NCBI GenBank assembly: GCA_016928075.1
Contig: JAFGLJ010000029.1
Coordinates: 4,399-68,398, forward strand
From: Bacteroidales bacterium
Lineage (GTDB): Bacteria; Bacteroidota; Bacteroidia; Bacteroidales; VadinHA17
Reading direction: 5' to 3'
DNA: 64,000 bases
How positions within the stretch are numbered: the stretch's first letter is position 1; every line of letters begins with the position of its first letter. Below, in pieces: positions 41,253-50,865 of the stretch. Made by a program: the position numbers and the translations under genes. The notes beneath the pieces are model-generated. The model was not told the origin of the DNA. It did no database searches and worked only from the letters and a program-made list of their open reading frames with translations.

Positions 41253-41864
41253 TTATGAGTTTAAATATTTCTCAATTGAAGATACCAGCATTTCGATGGC
41301 AACCTCGTTCTCTCCCCCCCTTGGAATAATTATATCGGCATATCTTTTAGTCGGTTCAATAAACTGCAGGTGAGAGGGCTTAACAGTATCATAATATCTT
41401 TTAAGAACCATATCTATATTCCTGCCCCTTTCTTCTATATCCCTGCTTATGACCCTTGCAAGACGATCATCGGGATCGGCGTCTACATAGGCTTTTATCC
41501 GCATCTTCCCCCTGAGCTCTTCATCTGTCAGGACAAGTATGCCTTCAATTATTATGACCCTTGCTGGTTTAACCGGTGTATATTCATCAGCTCTTGTGCA
41601 TGTGATATATGAGTATTGAGGCATTTTAACCGTCAGTCCACGGCGGAGGTCGTCAATATGCCTATTCAGCAGGCTGAATTCGATGGAACCGGGATGATCA
41701 AAATTAATTTTTTGCCTTTCCTCGAGCGGCAGATGCCTGTTATCTTTATAATAGGCATCCTGTGGTATCAGTATCACATTTTCATCGCCCAGAAGGTCCA
41801 TTACCTTCTTTGTAACGGTGGTTTTGCCTGATCCTGTGCCACCTGCAATTCCTACAATCAACAT
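41253..41864 (-). CDS. udk: Uridine kinase
   Basis: GIAGGTGSGKTT, NFDHP, FIEPTKRYADIIIP. Confidence 0.95.
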   Translation of the reverse strand: MLIVGIAGGTGSGKTTVTKKVMDLLGDENVILIPQDAYYKDNRHLPLEERQKINFDHPGSIEFSLLNRHIDDLRRGLTVKMPQYSYITCTRADEYTPVKPARVIIIEGILVLTDEELRGKMRIKAYVDADPDDRLARVISRDIEERGRNIDMVLKRYYDTVKPSHLQFIEPTKRYADIIIPRGGENEVAIEMLVSSIEKYLNS

Positions 41865-41939
41865 ATTTTATTACTTTTGTATGCAATAATTCAGTCAAAA
41901 ATACTAATTATTGTTAATGATTAAATAAATCATTCCTTT

Positions 41940-42935
41940 ATGACAAGTTTATATCCCCTGAAATTCATACCAATCCTGAAAGAAAGAGTATGGGGTGGCA
42001 ACAGGCTATCACAGGAATATGGTAAAAAGGCAGATGAAAAAGCCAGAATAGGTGAAAGCTGGGAATTATCAGGTGTACAGGGTGATATTTCCATCGTGGC
42101 AAACGGTTTCCTGGAAGGAAATAACCTTGAGGAGATTATCGAGGTATACATGGGCGACCTGGTTGGAGAAGAAATCTATGAGAAATTCGGCAGGGAGTTT
42201 CCTCTCCTGATTAAACTCATTGACGCCAACGAAGATCTTTCGATACAGGTTCATCCCCCTGATGATATGGCCAGGGAACGACACCATGCATATGGAAAAA
42301 CGGAAATGTGGTATGTACTGGAAGCAGAAAAAAACTCAAAGATATATACAGGGTTTAACAGGGAGATGACTGAAGAGCTATATGTTAAAGCCCTGAAGCA
42401 AGGAGATATTGCTAAAATATTAAATATAGAAAACCCTGAGCCCGGCGATGTTTTCTTCATTCCGGCCGGACGTATTCATGCAATAGGCAAAGGGGTGATG
42501 CTAACTGAAATACAGCAAACATCAGATATCACTTACAGAATATGGGACTGGAACAGGAACGGACTCGATGGCAAACCGCGTGAGCTTCATACCGAACTGG
42601 CTGTTGATGCAATTGATTATAATACTTATGCGTCGTACAAAACAAGAGTAGAGCCAAAACCGAATGGGACTGTCAATATTATTGATTGTAAATACTTTAC
42701 AACAAATATTATTGAACTGGATCAAACCATTATCAAGGATTATTCACTTATTGACAGTTTTGTTATATATATTTGTGTCAGTGGAAGTGCAAAGCTGGAA
42801 TGGGATAGCAGGTCTATGAATCTGGAAAAAGGTGAAACAGTGCTAATACCTGCTTTAATGACAACCATAGGTATAAACCCTGCTCCATCAGCCAGAATTC
42901 TTGAGGTTTACATAAGGAGAATAATTGAAGAATAA
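41940..42935 (+). CDS. manA: Mannose-6-phosphate isomerase, type I
   Basis: FPLLIKLID, LSIQVHP, GKTEMWY, EIQQTSD. Confidence 0.93.
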   Translation: MTSLYPLKFIPILKERVWGGNRLSQEYGKKADEKARIGESWELSGVQGDISIVANGFLEGNNLEEIIEVYMGDLVGEEIYEKFGREFPLLIKLIDANEDLSIQVHPPDDMARERHHAYGKTEMWYVLEAEKNSKIYTGFNREMTEELYVKALKQGDIAKILNIENPEPGDVFFIPAGRIHAIGKGVMLTEIQQTSDITYRIWDWNRNGLDGKPRELHTELAVDAIDYNTYASYKTRVEPKPNGTVNIIDCKYFTTNIIELDQTIIKDYSLIDSFVIYICVSGSAKLEWDSRSMNLEKGETVLIPALMTTIGINPAPSARILEVYIRRIIEE

Positions 42936-42956
42936 GCAGCCAAAATCAACACAATA

Positions 42957-43706
42957 ATGATAAAAAGGATATTTCTTCTGGCACTGTTAATAATACTGGC
43001 AGCAGGTTGTCAGAACGCCGTCGATAAAAAAGCCCGGGAAGATAATAAAGAGGAGGGAAATAAAGTCCAGGTTAAAAAGTATTATAATGAAGGTAAGCTT
43101 GTTAAGGAAGTTACTTTCAAAAATGATATAAGAAACGGAATTTGTCGTAACTACTATGATGACGGCAGGCTGAAAAGAACTATATGGTATGAAAACGGGC
43201 TGAAGGAAGACACAGCCAAATGGTATTATCGCGAAGGTATGGTATACCGTGCCACCCCCTATAAGAAAGATAAGATACACGGAGTACAAACTAAATACTA
43301 TAAGTCAGGCCGTGTTCAGGCCACCCTACCCTATGAAAGCGGCCTCAGGGCACAGGGGCTGAAAGAATATCTTCCCGATGGCAGGGAACCGGAAACATAT
43401 CCAACAATTGAGTATACAATAAGGGACCTTACAGATACCCCGTCAGGTTTGGTGAGAATATTCACCAGGCTAAGCAATGAATCAACAAATGTCAGGTTTT
43501 ACCGGGGGTCACTTATAGATGGAGTATTTGACCCGGATAAATGCCAGGATATCACTACATCTTCAGGCATGGGCTTTGTCGAACTGAAGCCCAATTCTGA
43601 AAAGGGTAAAGGCTATGTTGATATTATCGGGGTATATTCAACAAGGTTGAGAAATACAAAGATTCTAACCACAAGAATAAAATTACCTTATAATAACCTG
43701 TACTAA
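42957..43706 (+). CDS. Lipoprotein with MORN-variant (YwqK-like) repeats
   Basis: Lipobox AAG-C; repeated YY.DG.L...Y..G..HG. Confidence 0.75.
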   Translation: MIKRIFLLALLIILAAGCQNAVDKKAREDNKEEGNKVQVKKYYNEGKLVKEVTFKNDIRNGICRNYYDDGRLKRTIWYENGLKEDTAKWYYREGMVYRATPYKKDKIHGVQTKYYKSGRVQATLPYESGLRAQGLKEYLPDGREPETYPTIEYTIRDLTDTPSGLVRIFTRLSNESTNVRFYRGSLIDGVFDPDKCQDITTSSGMGFVELKPNSEKGKGYVDIIGVYSTRLRNTKILTTRIKLPYNNLY

Positions 43707-44089
43707 TGGATGTTCCTATTGAAGAGGGAGAAACGATTGTAATCACAACCAGGGTGAATGACAATGACACCGCCAGAGTGTATGGTTCAGGACTTCTGGA
43801 TGTGTACTCAACACCTGCCATGGTGGCATTAATGGAAAAAGCTTCAATGGAACTTGTCCAGCCGCATCTTGAAGAAGGTCATGGCACAGTAGGTATATCA
43901 TTGGATATAAGGCATATGAAAGCTATCCCTGTTGGTGAAGAGATAAAATGCATCAGCAAATACAAAGGAAGGGAAGGCAACCAGCTCACCTTTGAGGTAA
44001 AGGTGCTGCGGGGTCAAGACACAGTAGGTGAGGGAATACATAAAAGGTACATAATTGATGAAAAGAGGTTTCTCTTAAAAATAAAATAA
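43706..44089 (+). CDS. Hotdog thioesterase (FlK-like)
   Basis: VYSTPAMVALME, GTVG...H, GIHKR. Confidence 0.88.
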   Translation: MDVPIEEGETIVITTRVNDNDTARVYGSGLLDVYSTPAMVALMEKASMELVQPHLEEGHGTVGISLDIRHMKAIPVGEEIKCISKYKGREGNQLTFEVKVLRGQDTVGEGIHKRYIIDEKRFLLKIK

Positions 44090-44093
44090 TATA

Positions 44094-44702
44094 ATGGTCA
44101 TCCGGTCAGCCAGATTCATTAAAAGCAGTACAAAACTAAGTGACTGCCCCCGGGCTGACAGAGCGGAATATGCTTTTATCGGCAGGTCAAATGTAGGCAA
44201 GTCTTCACTTCTGAATATGCTTGCCGGAAGAACAAAGCTCGCGAAGATCTCATCCACCCCAGGTAAAACTCAAACTATCAACCACTTTCTTATAAATGAT
44301 GACTGGTATCTTGCCGATCTGCCTGGTTATGGTTATGCCAAAGTGTCAAAATCATCACGTAAACGGTGGTCAGGATTTATAGCTGAATACATAACGAAGA
44401 GAGAAAATCTGGTATCCCTGTTTATCCTTATTGACTCCAGGCATGAGCCATTCAAATCAGATTATGAATTTATGGAGTTCCTTGGATTTAACAGGATACC
44501 ATTTGCAAGGATATTTACAAAATCAGATAAGGTAAGCAACAGCAAGCTTACAGGAAATATTGCTGTTCATGATAAACTGATGCTCGAGACATGGGAAAGC
44601 CTTCCACCTGCATTCATCAGTTCAGCCGGCACCCAAAGGGGCCGTGAGGACATACTAAAATATATTGAAGAAACATTAACTTTTTTCAAAAAGCTACCTT
44701 AA
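44094..44702 (+). CDS. engB: Ribosome biogenesis GTPase YihA/EngB
   Basis: GRSNVGKSS, PGKT, DLPGYG, TKSDK. Confidence 0.95.
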   Translation: MVIRSARFIKSSTKLSDCPRADRAEYAFIGRSNVGKSSLLNMLAGRTKLAKISSTPGKTQTINHFLINDDWYLADLPGYGYAKVSKSSRKRWSGFIAEYITKRENLVSLFILIDSRHEPFKSDYEFMEFLGFNRIPFARIFTKSDKVSNSKLTGNIAVHDKLMLETWESLPPAFISSAGTQRGREDILKYIEETLTFFKKLP

Positions 44703-44769
44703 GGTAATTATGATTTTTGTAGTTTTGTAGAGAGCGTAAAACCTGTTACTAAAACCGAAATCCTCTAAA

Positions 44770-45708
44770 ATGAATGGAAAATCACCTTTGAAGATATTCT
44801 CCTGCAGAGCATCACGATATATAGCTGAAAATATTGCCAAACACCTCGGGGTAAGACTGGGTGAAAGCAGTGTAACAGAGTTCAGTGATGGTGAATTTCA
44901 ACCACGTATTGATGAATCAGTGAGAGGCTGCTCCGTTTTTATCATTCAGTCTACCTTCCCTCCAGCTGAAAACCTGATGGAGCTGTTGCTGATGATAGAT
45001 GCAGCAAAAAGGGCATCTGCTTACAAGGTTATAGCTGTAATACCATATTTTGGACTGGCCCGCCAGGACAGGAAAGACAGGCCAAGGGTATCGATAGGGG
45101 CAAAAGTGGTAGCTGATCTTCTGGAATCAGTAGGTGTTGACAGGGTGATGACTCTTGATCTTCACGCTGACCAGATACAGGGATTCTTTAATGTCCCGGT
45201 GGATCACCTCTATGCTTCCTTCCTGTTTGCCAATTATATCAAGGAAATGAACCTGAGTAACATTACGATATCAGCACCCGACATGGGAGGTTCAAAAAGA
45301 GCTAATGCTTATTCGCGCCACCTGCAGTCAGAAATGGTGCTAAGCTATAAACTCAGGAAAAAACCAAATGTAATAGAGGAAATATCAATTATAGGAGAAG
45401 TTAAGGACAGAAACGTTATTATTATCGATGATATGGTTGATACAGCGGGGACCATGACACTGGCCGCCCAGGTAATAAAAGACAATGGGGCAAAAAGCAT
45501 TCATGCTTTTGCTACCCATCCCGTATTGTCGGGTCCCGCTTATGAAAGAATAGAAAATTCACCCATAGAAAAACTCGTCGTTACCGATTCAATACCAAAT
45601 GTAAGACCATCTCCCAAGATTGAAATACTTTCTGTTGCAAAGCTTTTTGCTGATACTATAGATGCCGTATACCATAATGAATCAATTAGCACTGGCTTTG
45701 TTTTTTAA
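44770..45708 (+). CDS. prs: Ribose-phosphate pyrophosphokinase
   Basis: FSDGE, ARQDRK, DLHADQIQGFF, DDMVDTAGT. Confidence 0.96.
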   Translation: MNGKSPLKIFSCRASRYIAENIAKHLGVRLGESSVTEFSDGEFQPRIDESVRGCSVFIIQSTFPPAENLMELLLMIDAAKRASAYKVIAVIPYFGLARQDRKDRPRVSIGAKVVADLLESVGVDRVMTLDLHADQIQGFFNVPVDHLYASFLFANYIKEMNLSNITISAPDMGGSKRANAYSRHLQSEMVLSYKLRKKPNVIEEISIIGEVKDRNVIIIDDMVDTAGTMTLAAQVIKDNGAKSIHAFATHPVLSGPAYERIENSPIEKLVVTDSIPNVRPSPKIEILSVAKLFADTIDAVYHNESISTGFVF

Positions 45709-45720
45709 CTCAATTTATCC

Positions 45721-45728
45721 TATATTTG
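45721..45728 (+). promoter_or_regulatory. Bacteroidota -7 promoter element for rplY
   Basis: TATATTTG matches TAnnTTTG. Confidence 0.7.
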
Positions 45729-45755
45729 CAGGCCAAATTTTTAATTAAACAATTA

Positions 45756-45819
45756 TTGTCGAACGTGTGATGGGAGGTCATAGCAATATGATCTTGAGTA
45801 GCACAACAAAAGATGACAA
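45756..45819 (+). promoter_or_regulatory. Structured rplY leader mimicking 5S rRNA loop E
   Basis: GUGU-GAUGG-[9-bp stem, GCAA loop]-GAGUA-GCAC; outer UUGUC/GACAA pairing next to the AUG. Confidence 0.65.
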
Positions 45820-46494
45820 ATGAGAACTCTCGAAATTATTGCCGAGCAAAGAAAACAGACAGGTAAAAAAGAAACCAGAAAACTAAGGGATGAAGGAAAT
45901 GTGCCATGTGTAATGTATGGAGGTAAAGAGACATTACACTTTTATTCACATGAAAATAACTTTAAAGAACTGGTTTACACACCTAATGTATATGTCGTTA
46001 CCATTAACATGAATGGAAAGAAATATAAGGGTGTGCTCAAAGATATCCAGTTCCACCCTGTTACTGACAGTATATCCCATATAGATTTTATGGAGGTATC
46101 CGATGAAAAGCCTGTAACTGTGGTAGTGCCCGTTAACCTGACAGGAGAGTCAGTAGGTCTTAAAGCAGGAGGTAAATTGAGACTTAAGAGAAGAAGGCTG
46201 ACTGTCAGAGGCTATATGGATAAACTGCCGGATAAACTGGATATTGATATTACAGATCTTGACATAGGTCAGACACTTAAAGTGCATGAGCTCAACTATG
46301 AAGGTATCGAAATACTTGATCCACCCAGGGCTATGGTTGTAGCTATTATTTCATCCCGACTTGCATTGAAAGGGATGGAAATTTCTGAAGTAGTTGAAGA
46401 AGCAGCTGAAGGTGAAGCCGAAGGCGAAGAGGTAAAAGAAAGAGCTGAAACCGCTGAAGCAAAAGAAGCAGAGGAAGAAGCCGAAAACAACTAG
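45820..46494 (+). CDS. rplY: 50S ribosomal protein L25/Ctc
   Basis: VPCVMYGG, DIQFHPVTD..HIDF; acidic tail. Confidence 0.96.
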   Translation: MRTLEIIAEQRKQTGKKETRKLRDEGNVPCVMYGGKETLHFYSHENNFKELVYTPNVYVVTINMNGKKYKGVLKDIQFHPVTDSISHIDFMEVSDEKPVTVVVPVNLTGESVGLKAGGKLRLKRRRLTVRGYMDKLPDKLDIDITDLDIGQTLKVHELNYEGIEILDPPRAMVVAIISSRLALKGMEISEVVEEAAEGEAEGEEVKERAETAEAKEAEEEAENN

Positions 46495-46525
46495 AACAAT
46501 CTTTTAACCCCAAAAACCCCATACC

Positions 46526-47125
46526 TTGAAATATTTAATTGCAGGATTGGGTAATATTGGTGAGGAGTATATAAATACACGCCATAATATCGGATTTATT
46601 ATACTGGATGCCTGGGCCCGGGTATCCAATGTTGAATTCACTGACAGAAGGTATGGCTCAGTGGCTTCATTGAAACACAAAGGCCGCACATTTGTACTGC
46701 TTAAACCATCAACATTTGTCAACAGGAGCGGAAATGCAGTAAAATACTGGCTGAAAAAAGAAAAAATTCCTGAAGAAAACCTGCTTGTTCTTGTTGATGA
46801 CCTTTCGATTCCATTCGGGTCAATGCGTCTCAGAGCCAAAGGCGGAGATGCTGGGCATAATGGACTCGCACATATTAATATGATACTGGGACACGGCAAC
46901 TATGCCAGGCTAAGATTTGGAATAGGCGATGATTTCATGACCGGTGGACAGGTTAATTATGTACTGGGCAAACTAACAGAAGAAGAAGAGAAAATACTAA
47001 ACAAACGACTCGACCTTGCCCTTGAAATGATCAAGTCGTTCGGTACCTTAGGGGTTGAACTCACTATGACAAAATATAATAAAGAGGCAAAAGCGCTGGA
47101 TGATGGTGAAGAATACAGTTACTGA
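46526..47125 (+). CDS. pth: Peptidyl-tRNA hydrolase
   Basis: GLGNIG.EY..TRHNIGF, GHNGL, RLRFGIG; TTG start. Confidence 0.95.
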   Translation: MKYLIAGLGNIGEEYINTRHNIGFIILDAWARVSNVEFTDRRYGSVASLKHKGRTFVLLKPSTFVNRSGNAVKYWLKKEKIPEENLLVLVDDLSIPFGSMRLRAKGGDAGHNGLAHINMILGHGNYARLRFGIGDDFMTGGQVNYVLGKLTEEEEKILNKRLDLALEMIKSFGTLGVELTMTKYNKEAKALDDGEEYSY

Positions 47126-47492
47126 TCAGAGAATTGATAAATTCCTATGGTCGGTACGGATATATAAAACAAGAAGCATGGCTACTGAGGCTTGTAAAAA
47201 GGGAAGAGTAATAATAAACGATGTACCTGTAAAACCTGCCAGGTTTATAAACGAAGGCGAAATAATACAGGTAAAAAAAACACCGGTGCTATATACATAC
47301 ACGGTCAAAAAAATTCCACCGTCAAGAGTGTCGGCCAGAATGGTGAATGAATATATTGAGGACAATACCCCTGATGAAGAAAAATTAAAACTGGAAATGA
47401 AGAATAATACATATGACAGTTACAGGTATAAAGGTTCAGGGCGACCTACAAAAAAAGAAAGGCGAGACATCGACAAACTAATGGGGATATGA
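47100..47492 (+). CDS. hslR: S4-domain heat-shock protein Hsp15
   Basis: RIDKFLWSVRIYKTRS, GRPTKKERR. Confidence 0.92.
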   Translation: MMVKNTVTDQRIDKFLWSVRIYKTRSMATEACKKGRVIINDVPVKPARFINEGEIIQVKKTPVLYTYTVKKIPPSRVSARMVNEYIEDNTPDEEKLKLEMKNNTYDSYRYKGSGRPTKKERRDIDKLMGI

Positions 47493-47598
47493 AATAAACA
47501 AAGTATATTTTATTATTTTGTAATTTTGAAATGAATCTCAGTACCACCTGGACTCCACAAATAGCAGTCTTTCAGGCAGTATAAAATAATGAGAGGGT

Positions 47599-48942
47599 AT
47601 GGGTAAGAACAATATTGAAAAAACCTCGGCAGGCTATGCAATTCTGAAAATACTGGCCAGTATCTGGCATAATTACATTCACTACAGGAAAGTAATAGTT
47701 ATTGGCAGGGAAAACCTGAAAAACAATTTCCCAAAGATAATAGCTCCAAATCACCAGAATGCCCTGATGGATGCAATGGCCATCGTATGCTCCTCACCTG
47801 GTCAGCAGGTTTACCTTGCACGGGCTGATATCTTTAAAAAGAAGCTTATCGCTTCCATCCTATATTTTCTAAAAATACTGCCTGTATATCGAATAAGGGA
47901 TGGATATGACAGTCTTAAGCAGAACAGTGACATATTCAGAAAAACAATTGATGTACTTAAAAACAAAAAGCCACTTGTAATTCTGCCTGAAGGCAATCAT
48001 GCCGGTTTCAGGAGACTGAGACAGTTAAAAAAGGGTATTTTCAGGATAGCCCTGCAAACCGAAGAGTCTGAAAACTTCACAATGGGTCTAAAAATTATAC
48101 CTGTAGGGCTTAGCTTTTCTGATTATCACCGTTTCAGGTCTGTTCTGACAGTTATGTACGGAGAACCTATTGATGTGCTGGAATACAGGAAATTATATGA
48201 AGAGAATCCCCAGTTAGCCTATAATGCCTTCAGGGAAAGGTTGTCCACTGAACTGAAGAAATATATGGTTCACATTGAATCGGAAAAAGATTATGAAGCT
48301 CTTGATGAACTCAGGGAGATTGTGAACGGGAAATACTGCACTGACAGTGAAAATCCCAAAGTAAACCGTGACAAAAGGCTTATTAAACAAATGGAGTCGC
48401 TAAAGGAAAATGAACCTTCACATTATAGAAAAATATGCAACCGTACGCTTAAGATTAAGGAACTGGCAAAAAAGCTGAATATAGGATATTACCACCTGAA
48501 CCGCAAAAAACCCAGACTGGTATTTCATTTCCTGGCCATTGCCGGTCTTATTGCCCTGTCTCCGGTATTTCTTGCCGGGTGGGTTCTTAATTATATCTTT
48601 TATAAGATCCCCAAGCTTCCACTTAAAAATATAAAGGATATAATGTTCCATGGTTCAATAAGATATGTAATATCACTTGTTCTGGGATTAATATTCTTAC
48701 CTGTATATGCAGTAATTGCTTTTGTCTTTATACCGATGTGGTGGTTAGCGCTTATTGTTGTACTGTTAATAATACCTGCCGGTATCTTTGCATGGAATTA
48801 CGCGCTTATGTGGCAAAAATTGCTTGAAAGGATAAGGGTCAGGAAGTATATAAACAGGATGAACAAAGAATACAGGCAGTTAATGGGAGAATATTCAAGC
48901 CTGCTGGATGATGTCAGTGTTTTAAAGAATGATATACAATAA
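47599..48942 (+). CDS. Glycerolipid acyltransferase (PlsC-like) with C-terminal TM helices
   Basis: NHQNALMD (HX4D), LARAD, ILPEG. Confidence 0.85.
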   Translation: MGKNNIEKTSAGYAILKILASIWHNYIHYRKVIVIGRENLKNNFPKIIAPNHQNALMDAMAIVCSSPGQQVYLARADIFKKKLIASILYFLKILPVYRIRDGYDSLKQNSDIFRKTIDVLKNKKPLVILPEGNHAGFRRLRQLKKGIFRIALQTEESENFTMGLKIIPVGLSFSDYHRFRSVLTVMYGEPIDVLEYRKLYEENPQLAYNAFRERLSTELKKYMVHIESEKDYEALDELREIVNGKYCTDSENPKVNRDKRLIKQMESLKENEPSHYRKICNRTLKIKELAKKLNIGYYHLNRKKPRLVFHFLAIAGLIALSPVFLAGWVLNYIFYKIPKLPLKNIKDIMFHGSIRYVISLVLGLIFLPVYAVIAFVFIPMWWLALIVVLLIIPAGIFAWNYALMWQKLLERIRVRKYINRMNKEYRQLMGEYSSLLDDVSVLKNDIQ

Positions 48943-49723
48943 TAAAATATTCTGGGTTACCGGTGCTTCGTCAGGCATTGGTAAAGCAGTTGTTTACGAG
49001 CTTTTAAAAAGGGGAGCCGGTGTTATAGCCTCATCAAACAGGGCTGATGAACTGGAAGAGGTAAAGAAAAATAGCCGAGAGAAAATGCATTTGCTCAGTA
49101 CTGTTATTTTTGACCTTGAGGATACGGGTATTATCGAGACGATAGTGGCACAACAGTTTAAGAAACATGGTCGTATAGATGTGCTTATCAACCTCGGAGG
49201 TGTAAGCCAGAGGGCAAAGATCACCGAGACACCACTCTGGCTTGACAGGAAGATAATGGAAATCAACTATTTCGGTACTATTGCCCTGAGTAAAGCAGTG
49301 CTTCCCTATATGATTGAACAGGGATCGGGTCATATAATGGCAACGAGCAGTATAGCAGGGCGGTTTGGCTTTCCCCTACGCTCAGCTTATTCTGCATCAA
49401 AGCAAGCCTTGCATGGCTTTTTTGAGACCCTGCATATTGAAAACCGGGAAAATAATGTAAAAGCTTCAGTAATCATACCGGGAAGGGTGAAAACCAATAT
49501 TTCATTTAATGCTTTAACTTCTACAGGCTCAATACATGGGCAGTTGGATGCCGGGCAGGCAAGAGGTATATCTCCTGAAAAAGCTGCCAGGATGATACTC
49601 AGAGGATTAGAACGTAATAAAAGGGAAGTACTTGTCGGTGGAAAAGAGCTAATAATGTTGTTTGTAAGGAAGTTTTTTCCTTCAATTTTCTTTAATATTG
49701 CATATAGAATGAAACCCTACTAG
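48929..49723 (+). CDS. Short-chain dehydrogenase/reductase (DHRS7-like)
   Basis: WVTGASSGIG, YSASK. Confidence 0.9.
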   Translation: MIYNNKIFWVTGASSGIGKAVVYELLKRGAGVIASSNRADELEEVKKNSREKMHLLSTVIFDLEDTGIIETIVAQQFKKHGRIDVLINLGGVSQRAKITETPLWLDRKIMEINYFGTIALSKAVLPYMIEQGSGHIMATSSIAGRFGFPLRSAYSASKQALHGFFETLHIENRENNVKASVIIPGRVKTNISFNALTSTGSIHGQLDAGQARGISPEKAARMILRGLERNKREVLVGGKELIMLFVRKFFPSIFFNIAYRMKPY

Positions 49724-49776
49724 ATATCAGTAATGCAATATTAAAGAGTTCCATACTTAAGTAAATAGTTAATATA

Positions 49777-50865
49777 ATGAAAAATTATCTTATAAGTGGT
49801 ATTCAGCAGATGGGAGTCGGGGTCAAGAATCTCCACGAAGCATGGGAATGGTACAGGAAATTTTTCGGCATGGATGTACCAATATTTGAAGAGGAAGCTG
49901 AGGCAAAGCTTATGCTTCCATATACAGGTGGTAAGCCCCGCATGCGCCATGCTGTACTTGCCATGAACCTGCAAAGCGGCGGAGGATTTGAAATATGGCA
50001 ATACAAGGGACGGCAGCCAAAGGAAGTTAAAAGGGAAATACTGGCAGGTGATCTGGGTATTTTCGCATGCAAGATGAAAGTCAAAAATATCGGTGATGCA
50101 CTTAATAATTTTAAAGATAAGGGTGCAAAGGTGCTTGGCGAACCTGATAAAGATCCGCTAAACAGAAATACATTTTTTATAAAAGACCCTTATAACAATC
50201 TCTTTCAATTTGTTGAAGCTTCTGACTGGTTCCTAAACGAGAAAAAAGTAAACGGGGGAGCGTACGGAGCAATAATTGGTGTTTCTGATATTGAAAAATC
50301 ACTCAGGGTGTATTCAGGAATACTGGGTTACGATAATGTCTTATACGACAAATCAGGCGTATTCAAAGATTTCAATAATCTTCCCGGGGGTGATCACGAA
50401 TTCAGGCGTGTTTTATTAAGGCAGAGTAAACCTTTCAGGGGGGCCTTCAGCAGGTTATTTGGAGACAGTGTAATAGAACTTATAAGCGTTAAGGAAAGAA
50501 AGCCTTCAAAAATATTTGAAGACCGATACTGGGGCGACCCCGGCTTTATACACTTATGTTACGACATAAAAGGAATGGACCAGCTAAAGGAGCACTGCCT
50601 GAAAGAAGGTCATGCTTTCACTGTCGACAGCAAAAAAAGCCATGATATAAAAGGGTTTGATATGGGTGAAGCAGCAGGTCATTTTGCCTATATTGAAGAT
50701 CCTGACGGTACACTGATCGAATTTGTCGAGACCCTGAAATTACCGATAATTAAGAAACTGGGTTGGTATATCGACCTTAGCAAACGCCACCCGGAGAAGA
50801 ACCTGCCGGCATGGATAATTAAGAGTCTGAGGTATATGAAAGTTAAGGATAAGAAAGATAATTAA
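49777..50865 (+). CDS. VOC/glyoxalase-family protein (two modules)
   Basis: IQQMGVGV, KDPYNNLFQ, EDPDGTLIEFVE. Confidence 0.85.
   Translation: MKNYLISGIQQMGVGVKNLHEAWEWYRKFFGMDVPIFEEEAEAKLMLPYTGGKPRMRHAVLAMNLQSGGGFEIWQYKGRQPKEVKREILAGDLGIFACKMKVKNIGDALNNFKDKGAKVLGEPDKDPLNRNTFFIKDPYNNLFQFVEASDWFLNEKKVNGGAYGAIIGVSDIEKSLRVYSGILGYDNVLYDKSGVFKDFNNLPGGDHEFRRVLLRQSKPFRGAFSRLFGDSVIELISVKERKPSKIFEDRYWGDPGFIHLCYDIKGMDQLKEHCLKEGHAFTVDSKKSHDIKGFDMGEAAGHFAYIEDPDGTLIEFVETLKLPIIKKLGWYIDLSKRHPEKNLPAWIIKSLRYMKVKDKKDN

Noticed and set aside
42957-43706. Toxin-antitoxin system (YwqK-like label)
   Set aside because: MORN-variant lipoprotein with no adjacent toxin; these repeats are common in Bacteroidota
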